A stretch of DNA of 42,410 nt from a virus, in UHGV virus genome UHGV-0161119; one strand, given 5' to 3'. The number at the start of each line of letters is the position of its first letter. The first letter of the stretch is position 1. Under the pieces are notes generated by a model. It had not been told where the DNA came from, did not search any database, and saw only the letters and a list, made by a program, of their open reading frames with translations. Below are positions 36,586 to 42,410 of this stretch, one piece after another. The translations under genes and the position numbers were made by a program.

Positions 36586-36729
36586 TTACTCTTCTTCCTT
36601 GAATCTCTCCTGCATCTTCTGTTTGCGTTTCTTGTCTCTGTAGTTGCTAATCAGTACAATTGCAATTTCTGCTGCAACAGTTCCAAATGTTCCTAGAAAC
36701 AAACCAATGTAATATGGTGGTATATACAT
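36586..36729 (-). CDS. Small membrane protein (47 aa; not in the ORF track)
   Basis: MYIPPYYIGLFLGTFGTVAAEIAIVLIS followed by a basic tail. Confidence 0.55.
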   Translation of the reverse strand: MYIPPYYIGLFLGTFGTVAAEIAIVLISNYRDKKRKQKMQERFKEEE

Positions 36730-36733
36730 CTAC

Positions 36734-36868
36734 TCACTCTCCTATCTTGTCAATAAGTTCTTTTAACTCTTTAACCTCTTCATCCTGTTTGGTTAATCCA
36801 AACTTATCGCAATTCTTGTAAAGCATTTCTGCTATTTTCTTCAAAAGTTTCTTAGTTCTTTTTAACAC
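36734..36868 (-). CDS. Small basic protein (44 aa; not in the ORF track)
   Basis: GTG directly after the cro stop; fills the gap. Confidence 0.45.
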   Translation of the reverse strand: MLKRTKKLLKKIAEMLYKNCDKFGLTKQDEEVKELKELIDKIGE

Positions 36869-37066
36869 CTATTCACTCTCCTCTCCTATCAACTCATCAA
36901 CGGTAACCTCTAAGATATTTGCTACCTTTTTCAAATTTGCAACACTCGGTACACTGTCATTCCATTTAGAAATTAAACCATTCCCAAGTTCTGCTTTTTT
37001 CTCAACGTAGGTAATTGACATACCTTTTTCTTCGCAAATCTTTTTAATTTTGTCATAAATATACAA
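36869..37066 (-). CDS. Cro-like HTH repressor
   Basis: XRE HTH (SITYVEKKAELGNGLISKW); divergent from cI. Confidence 0.85.
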   Translation of the reverse strand: MYIYDKIKKICEEKGMSITYVEKKAELGNGLISKWNDSVPSVANLKKVANILEVTVDELIGEESE

Positions 37067-37092
37067 TTCCTTGCTCTCCTTTCTTTATTTCT

Positions 37093-37273
37093 TAGAAAAT
37101 ATTCAGTATTTCCATTGACTTTTTGCAGAAAATATTCTAATATTAAATTACCACATAAAATACAGATTTTTTTCTGTGATCGCTTTCTGTTTTTACTGAA
37201 AGTTTTCTGTGCTATGCTTTTACTATACAGAAAACTTTCTAGTTTGTCAAGCATTTTTACAGAAAAAGTTCTG
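37093..37273. promoter_or_regulatory. Lysis/lysogeny switch: six 14-bp operators and two face-to-face promoters
   Basis: Operators resembling CAGAA-N4-TTCTG at 37093, 37126, 37163, 37196, 37228 and 37260; TTGACT-N17-TAATAT (+, 37115-37143); TTGACA-N17-TATAGT (-, 37250-37222). Confidence 0.8.
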
Positions 37274-37296
37274 TAATTTCTTAGAAAGGAGATTCT

Positions 37297-37665
37297 ATGA
37301 CTATTTATGAGCGAATTGAAAGCCTTAGGAAGTCAAAAGGATTATCACAAGGAAAGCTTGAAAAACAACTAGGTTTTTCTAATGGTTCAATTTCAAAATG
37401 GAAAAACAGTACCCCAAAAGTTGAGAGATTGCAAAAGCTCGCTGACTTCTTCGGTGTGTCTGTTGAGTACCTCATGACAGGAAAGGAGGATGAACAAAAA
37501 GAGAAAGATAACACCGATCTCAAACAAAAATACAGGGAGCTTGAAGAACTTTTAAGAAGTGACTCAATGAAACCTGTTCGTTATGATGGTAAACCTGTCA
37601 ATAACGATACGATAGATTTATTACTAAAACAGATTGAGATTTCACTTGCAATGCTAAAAAAATAA
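37297..37665 (+). CDS. CI/ImmR-like repressor
   Basis: N-terminal XRE HTH, no S24 peptidase domain; followed by an ImmA-like gene. Confidence 0.88.
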   Translation: MTIYERIESLRKSKGLSQGKLEKQLGFSNGSISKWKNSTPKVERLQKLADFFGVSVEYLMTGKEDEQKEKDNTDLKQKYRELEELLRSDSMKPVRYDGKPVNNDTIDLLLKQIEISLAMLKK

Positions 37666-37680
37666 ACAGGAGGGTTATGT

Positions 37681-38112
37681 ATGAGAAAAAATCAAATCAA
37701 AAATACAGTAAATGATTTGATTGAAACATACGGTACGAGAAATCCATATTTACTTGCTAGTTACCTTGACGTAACAATCCAGTATGGAGACTTAGGAGAA
37801 CTGCAAGGATGCTACATGAAAATATGGGATAAGAAATTTATTTATATCAACGATAGAATCGAGGATGATAAGCTAAAAGATACTGTTGTCGCTCATGAAT
37901 TGGCACATAGTATTATGCACAATGAAGATTATTATTTTTTCAGTTATGGTAAACAGTTTCAATCAAACAAAACTGAAATTGAAGCTCACACATTCGCAGC
38001 GGAGCTTTTGATACCAGATGAAACGATTATCGAACATCCGGGATATACGCTCGATCAATTATCATCGTTAACCGGATATGCTGAAAGATTAGTCAGCTTC
38101 AAAAGACTTTAA
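37681..38112 (+). CDS. ImmA/IrrE-family metallopeptidase (antirepressor)
   Basis: AHELAH...EIEAHTFAAELL. Confidence 0.88.
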   Translation: MRKNQIKNTVNDLIETYGTRNPYLLASYLDVTIQYGDLGELQGCYMKIWDKKFIYINDRIEDDKLKDTVVAHELAHSIMHNEDYYFFSYGKQFQSNKTEIEAHTFAAELLIPDETIIEHPGYTLDQLSSLTGYAERLVSFKRL

Positions 38113-38359
38113 TTTTTTTCTTTTTTGTTTTATTTTTTCTTTTTAATTAAATATAAATATTAATTATTATAATACTATATAGGTTATATATAACTATAGT
38201 CTTTAGATACTATATATTTATATAAAAGAAAATAAAAATACACTAAAAACGTTGAATTTGTCAATCACAAATTCAAAAAACTTTTTGCATGGTGCTGAAA
38301 ACCGTATAAAACCGTTGTTTCTTGGACTTTTAAAAAAGAAAATGCATAATTAATTGATG

Positions 38360-38459
38360 TTTGCCTGTCATTTGCCTGCGATTTGCCTGTGATGCTACTA
38401 TGCAAAAAGTCCTACAAACCTCATAAAACCGTGGGTTCTAGCCTGCGATTTGCCTGCGA
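38360..38459 (+). repeat. Five 11-bp direct repeats (TTTGCCTGYSA)
   Basis: Copies at 38360, 38371, 38382, 38438 (degenerate) and 38449. Confidence 0.85.
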
Positions 38460-38508
38460 TTGTGGTTGTCACGTTGCTTGTTATACATTATAAAAGGAGG
38501 GATGTTAC

Positions 38509-39324
38509 ATGGCATTAATAACTTGTACTGAATGTGGGAAAGAGTTCTCTGAAAAAGCTTCTGCTTGTCCAAATTGTGGATGCCCAACAGAGGAAATCTT
38601 AAAGGAATTAGCTACTGTTTCTACTGCTGATAATGAAGTTCCGCAGTATGAAATTGATGAAAAAACGATTGAGATTGCTATAGAAAAAGGTATTGTTAAT
38701 GAGCCTAGTGATTTAATTATCACAGCAGGTAAATATACAGATAGTGGTTTTCTTTCTACACTAACACATATACTTTATGTAGCAAAAGACAGCTTCTATT
38801 TATGCCGTTTTGATAAGGCAGAAGAGAATCCAAAAGAAGATATTATTGTCAAACTGGATTATACAAATGATGCTATTAATCAGTTAACTTATGATTATGA
38901 AATGCGTAAATTTAACGGTAATTTTGGTTTTAATGCAAGCAAAATCAAAGCGGATAAAGACAGGTCTAGGGATGCTTACTATGAGATTTTGAAAAAGGTA
39001 GACAGCAAAAAAGCCGAAGATTTTTATAAGATTTTTTATCTGGATGCACCATACTGTCCTAAGTGTCACAGCTTGAATATAGGATATGAGTTTGTGCAGG
39101 ACTCAGCTAAAACAAAGGGGAAATCTGAGGTCCGTAAAAAGAGTGTTGTGACTCGTGCAGGTAACAGTCTGGGACGTGCAGGTATGATCGCAGCGACTGG
39201 CGGTCTGTGGGCATTAACACCTAAAAAGTCTAAATACAAAGAAAAGAAATCATCCAAGACAGATATTAACAGTAAACAAATGGCAATTTGCCAAGACTGC
39301 GGTAAATCTTGGGAAGTTAAATAA
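38509..39324 (+). CDS. Zinc-ribbon domain moron protein
   Basis: N-terminal CTECG...CPNCG; split C-terminal CPKC...CQDCG around a Gly-rich hydrophobic segment; RBS AAGGAGG. Confidence 0.75.
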   Translation: MALITCTECGKEFSEKASACPNCGCPTEEILKELATVSTADNEVPQYEIDEKTIEIAIEKGIVNEPSDLIITAGKYTDSGFLSTLTHILYVAKDSFYLCRFDKAEENPKEDIIVKLDYTNDAINQLTYDYEMRKFNGNFGFNASKIKADKDRSRDAYYEILKKVDSKKAEDFYKIFYLDAPYCPKCHSLNIGYEFVQDSAKTKGKSEVRKKSVVTRAGNSLGRAGMIAATGGLWALTPKKSKYKEKKSSKTDINSKQMAICQDCGKSWEVK

Positions 39325-39328
39325 CAAT

Positions 39329-39422
39329 AAAAAAGGACCGTACCACGCCAAAATAGGTACAGTCCAAAGCACTATCTAATATAAATACAAGGTAGTTATC
39401 ATACAAGATAGTACAGCCAAAC
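39329..39422 (-). ncRNA. Candidate small RNA 1
   Basis: TTGCAT-N17-TACAAT (39457-39429), internal ACTATCT/AGATAGT stem, terminator GGACTGTACC/GGTACGGTCC plus T6. Confidence 0.5.
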
Positions 39423-39463
39423 ACCTATATTGTATCATGACTACATCAGTTATGCAAGAACGC

Positions 39464-39543
39464 AAAAAGAGCCACCGTTAGAAGACTAAAAAGAACGGTA
39501 ACCCTTTTCCATAACATCGTAAAATTTTAATATAGAAAATTCC
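39464..39543 (-). ncRNA. Candidate small RNA 2
   Basis: TTGCAA-N16-TACAAT (39577-39550); terminator GGGTTACCGTT/AACGGTGGCTC plus T5. Confidence 0.45.
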
Positions 39544-39655
39544 GTATCTATTGTAACACATTCATATTATTTTGCAATGTTATAAAATCCACTCTTGCAT
39601 GGCTGTTATTTTTGTACCCATTTTGTGATTTTGATTATTAAAAAGGAGTGATACA

Positions 39656-40909
39656 ATGGCAACAGCTAAATTTAGAAAAGGAAAAGATGGTTACTATTCT
39701 ACCAACGTGTGGGATGGCACATACAAGGATAACGGTAAAAAGAAATACAAACACCTGCGATCTCCAAAAAGCTCTAAGGACCTTGAAAAGAAAGTAAAAG
39801 AATTTGAACGATTAAGGGATGAACGTCGTGGAATCATTGAAACTGACATATTATTTATTGAATATGCTGTACAATGGAGACATTTATACAAAGAATTTAG
39901 TCGTGCTAATAATACAAACAAAATGTATGAAAACATTATCAACGTACATTTTATTCCGATAGCTTATACCAAATTGCAAGACATTGAGCGAAAACATTTC
40001 CAATTGCTATTAAACCATGCTACAGGGCATCCACGAACTCAACAGCAGATTGCTATGACATTCAAGCAAATATTGCGTAGTGCTGTACGTGATCGTATTT
40101 TCTCCGCTCAAACATTCGCAGACGTTTTTGACGATTTTGAGGGAATCAAATACAAAGCAGAAGAACAACGTGCTTTGACACCAGACGAACAGAGAGCCGT
40201 TTTTACGGCAGATTTTAAACCAATGGATAAATTGTATGCCTACATCCTTTACGGCTGTGGATTAAGGCGTGGAGAAGCTCTAGCACTAACAGAAAGTGAC
40301 TTCGACTTAGAAGCCCATACAGTATCTATCACTAAATCTCACGACATATCAGATAATATTCCTTTTGTAAAAACGGTAAAAAATATAACTAACGGAGAAA
40401 GAATACTTCCAATTCCTAACAGTGTATTTGATTATATAGCCGACTATATAGCTATGCTGAGGAAAGACAAAAGAAAATATCTTTTTGTAAACCAAAACCA
40501 CAAACCCATGACAAAATCTGGTTTTAGGAGAATGTTCGACAGAATATTAAAAGCTATGCAGGCAGTCAGCCCAAGTGTTATCGAGGGATTGACAAGCCAT
40601 GTTTTCAGACATAATTATTGTTCTTGCTTATGCTACCAGATTCCAATTATCAGTATTAAGATGGTGGCTAAGTTAGTTGGAGATTCAGAAGAAGTTGTAA
40701 TGAAAGTATACAACCATATCATGATGGAAAAAGAAGATAAAGTGTCAGCTGTAAATAATGCATTAAGTTTCGTAGATTTGGAACAAAAAATGGAACAACC
40801 AGTGGAACAAAAAATGGAACAGCTACAAGATTTATTATCATGGCTTTTTAAGAATGTTTCTGGAACAAAAATGGAACATGGAACACGTATGGAACAAATA
40901 CTTCCTTAA
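39656..40909 (+). CDS. int: Tyrosine integrase
   Basis: GLRRGEALAL, KTVK, HVFRHNY and VYNH catalytic motifs; N-terminal arm-binding-like domain; adjacent to attP. Confidence 0.95.
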   Translation: MATAKFRKGKDGYYSTNVWDGTYKDNGKKKYKHLRSPKSSKDLEKKVKEFERLRDERRGIIETDILFIEYAVQWRHLYKEFSRANNTNKMYENIINVHFIPIAYTKLQDIERKHFQLLLNHATGHPRTQQQIAMTFKQILRSAVRDRIFSAQTFADVFDDFEGIKYKAEEQRALTPDEQRAVFTADFKPMDKLYAYILYGCGLRRGEALALTESDFDLEAHTVSITKSHDISDNIPFVKTVKNITNGERILPIPNSVFDYIADYIAMLRKDKRKYLFVNQNHKPMTKSGFRRMFDRILKAMQAVSPSVIEGLTSHVFRHNYCSCLCYQIPIISIKMVAKLVGDSEEVVMKVYNHIMMEKEDKVSAVNNALSFVDLEQKMEQPVEQKMEQLQDLLSWLFKNVSGTKMEHGTRMEQILP

Positions 40910-40931
40910 ACTTTTAAATACTTTCGGTTAC

Positions 40932-40969
40932 TTTAAGGGTATGATTTTTAGACAGGTCATACCCTTAAA
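40932..40969. terminator. Perfect 13-bp inverted repeat after int
   Basis: TTTAAGGGTATGA-N12-TCATACCCTTAAA. Confidence 0.55.
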
Positions 40970-40984
40970 AACTGTATAAATACA

Positions 40985-41024
40985 AGAAAAGCACGGTATT
41001 TAGCCATTTGGCAACCGTGCTTCT
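40985..41024 (-). terminator. Terminator downstream of the tRNA half
   Basis: AAGCACGGT...ACCGTGCTT followed by TTCTT on the minus strand. Confidence 0.6.
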
Positions 41025-41029
41025 TAAAG

Positions 41030-41076
41030 TGAGCGTGCGGGGATTCGAACCCCGGACAACTTGATTAAAAGTCAAG
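41030..41076 (-). other. attP core: 3' half of tRNA-Lys(UUU)
   Basis: CTTGA-CTTTTAA-TCAAG anticodon arm, CGGGG-TTCGAAT-CCCCG T arm and 3' acceptor strand; the 5' half is absent; lies between int and the lysin. Confidence 0.9.
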
Positions 41077-41164
41077 GAATCAAATCTATGTTAAACCGCA
41101 TAAACTCTATTGTTCTCAATTTTGGTTGGAACGAAAATGGAACATTCTCGCTTCAACGTTGTTT

Positions 41165-41193
41165 ATAATATCACATCATTTTCGACAATGCAA
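41165..41193 (-). promoter_or_regulatory. Promoter facing the att core
   Basis: TTGCAT-N17-TATTAT with extended TG. Confidence 0.5.
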
Positions 41194-41202
41194 GCATTAT
41201 TT

Positions 41203-41925
41203 TTAAATTTTTATGTAAGTTGCTGAACAGTACCCTGTCTTACCGTTATATTTAACTTTATGCCACGCACTACCTTTTTTGACAACCTCTACTGTTGCGC
41301 CCTTAGGGATTCTATAAACAATATCGGATTTTGTGTTCGCACTCTTTCTCATAATCAGTGGGTCATGTTTCGTGATAACTGTTCCATGGACTTTTGCTTT
41401 CTTTGCTTCTTTCACTGTTGTTCCTGCAATGTCAGCCTTGAACTTCTTCCACCCCTTATTATTCTTTCCAATCCATGGGTCTGGACAATCCTTGCCGTTT
41501 ACATCCCAGTGGCGAATAACGTGGTCTGCATCAATGTTGTACTTTTTCATGTAGTATGTAACCAACCACACGAGATCGTTGTATACGTCCGCAGGTACGC
41601 CGCCAACACAATTGCACATTTCGATGCTTAAGGTGTTTGCATTTGTAGCAACTTTGTATTTGCTACCTGCACCATTTTTTAAAGTGTAGCATCCACCTAC
41701 TGCCCATGCTACCCTCTTAAGAGATACAGACTTATATACCACTCCACTACCATCAATAAAACAGTGGGCAGAAGCGTGTCTGTTTTCTCCTTGGAAATAT
41801 TTGCAGTTATTCAAAGCTGTATCGCCTTTGTTTCCTGTGAAATGCACTACAATAAATTTAATATCACTTAATTTTCTTTTGCCGCCATAATTTGACTCAT
41901 CGGCAAATTTGTTAATAAATTTCAT
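41203..41925 (-). CDS. Endolysin: Amidase_2 domain plus C-terminal SH3b
   Basis: IVVHFTG, ASAH, SIEMC, RHWDVNGKDCP; ...WHKVKYNGKTGYC. Confidence 0.93.
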   Translation of the reverse strand: MKFINKFADESNYGGKRKLSDIKFIVVHFTGNKGDTALNNCKYFQGENRHASAHCFIDGSGVVYKSVSLKRVAWAVGGCYTLKNGAGSKYKVATNANTLSIEMCNCVGGVPADVYNDLVWLVTYYMKKYNIDADHVIRHWDVNGKDCPDPWIGKNNKGWKKFKADIAGTTVKEAKKAKVHGTVITKHDPLIMRKSANTKSDIVYRIPKGATVEVVKKGSAWHKVKYNGKTGYCSATYIKI

Positions 41926-41926
41926 T

Positions 41927-42247
41927 TTACACTTCCTCTTTGTGGGTAATGTTGATAGGTTCTTCTGTTAAGTCCGCAGGTCCTTGATAGTCTGGGTCTA
42001 CTGCCTGTCCTAATTCTTCATAAGACATTGCATTAACACTATCCCCGATTCCCTTTGTTGTTGGGTCCACCAATACCCCGACAGCCACTAAGATATTAAG
42101 GATGATACCTACAAGCTGTGATACTACATCCTGTGCGATTGGTGCTGTGATACCTAAGATTCCTAGAATCTGATAGATAAATGCAATTAAGGCAGAAGCC
42201 AATGCTACTAATGTTGCTTTATTTTTGAAACGTAATTTAAGATTCAT
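41927..42247 (-). CDS. Holin (phiLC3-like)
   Basis: MNLKLRFKNK, two TM helices, GVLVDPTTKGIGDS; RBS AAGGAG before ATG 42247. Confidence 0.88.
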   Translation of the reverse strand: MNLKLRFKNKATLVALASALIAFIYQILGILGITAPIAQDVVSQLVGIILNILVAVGVLVDPTTKGIGDSVNAMSYEELGQAVDPDYQGPADLTEEPINITHKEEV

Positions 42248-42332
42248 AGTTTCTCCTTTCATTTATTAAGTGTTTGTGTTAATATGTGAATGGAGATTTT
42301 CTTCTTTCTTAATCTCCATTTGTAATTTATTT

Positions 42333-42365
42333 ACACCTTGCTTCATGCAGGGTGTTTTTTTATTT
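42333..42365 (+). terminator. Plus-strand intrinsic terminator immediately before site D
   Basis: ACACCTTGC-TTCAT-GCAGGGTGT followed by a T-run. Confidence 0.7.
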
Positions 42366-42387
42366 ATACGTTAAATAGTGATTTAAC
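42361..42387 (+). repeat. Putative shufflon crossover site D
   Basis: TATTTATACGTTAAATAGTGATTT is an inverted 23/24 match to site A; contains the dyad GTTAAAT-AGTG-ATTTAAC. Confidence 0.85.
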
Positions 42388-42410
42388 AAATAGATCAAGG
42401 AACATTGTGC
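42368..42410 (+). CDS. 5' part of silent cassette D (continues at base 1)
   Basis: ACG TTA AAT AGT GAT TTA... = TLNSDLTNRSRNIV, then C|TA across the junction. Confidence 0.8.

Larger units (their letters stand above)
40779..41143 (+). repeat. Ten TGGAAC direct repeats flanking the att core (probable arm-type sites)
   Basis: Copies at 40779, 40791, 40803, 40815, 40861, 40872, 40879, 40890 and, beyond the core, 41127 and 41138. Confidence 0.75.
1..42410. mobile_element. Complete temperate siphophage genome, excised/circular form
   Basis: All modules present, attP intact, ends join in frame. Confidence 0.9.

Noticed and set aside
38360..38459. CRISPR array
   Set aside because: The repeats are 11 bp and directly adjacent, with no spacers and no cas genes.
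41030..41076. Intact tRNA-Lys gene
   Set aside because: The D arm and 5' acceptor strand are missing; it fits an att core.
42247..42262. Lambda-S-like dual-start holin/antiholin
   Set aside because: The upstream ATG has no RBS and the extension simply contains the RBS of ATG 42247.

Overview
The window looks like one complete, circularly permuted genome (about 42.4 kb, AT-rich) of a temperate siphophage. The host is probably a gut Clostridia/Lachnospiraceae species, which is an inference from gene families and base composition. It appears to be the excised form: integrase and endolysin converge on an intact attP whose core is the 3' half of a tRNA-Lys(UUU), and a reading frame continues in frame from base 42410 into base 1. 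Most genes run on the minus strand: cro, xis, recombination/replication, accessory genes, terminase, portal, head, tail, receptor-binding gene, holin and endolysin. cI, an ImmA/IrrE-like protease, a moron and the integrase are on the plus strand. The main finding is a candidate four-cassette shufflon at the tail-fibre/receptor-binding gene. Each cassette starts at a related site (core TAAATAGTGATTT, read as L-N-S-D); three cassettes face one way and one faces the other, and no dedicated invertase was found in the genome. Other notable items: (i) a near-identical ~42-bp TGGAAC array in both the replication-initiator gene and the integrase 3' end/attP arm; (ii) a probable anti-defence cluster (Tad2/DUF2829-like, PGDYG/Acb4-like, DUF6275-like) plus a tRNA(CAU) and candidate small RNAs inside the head module; (iii) a second divergent switch with its own HTH protein, three operators and two AP2-domain paralogues; (iv) several structured non-coding RNA candidates. 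All family calls come from motif recognition by eye; no database searches were run.
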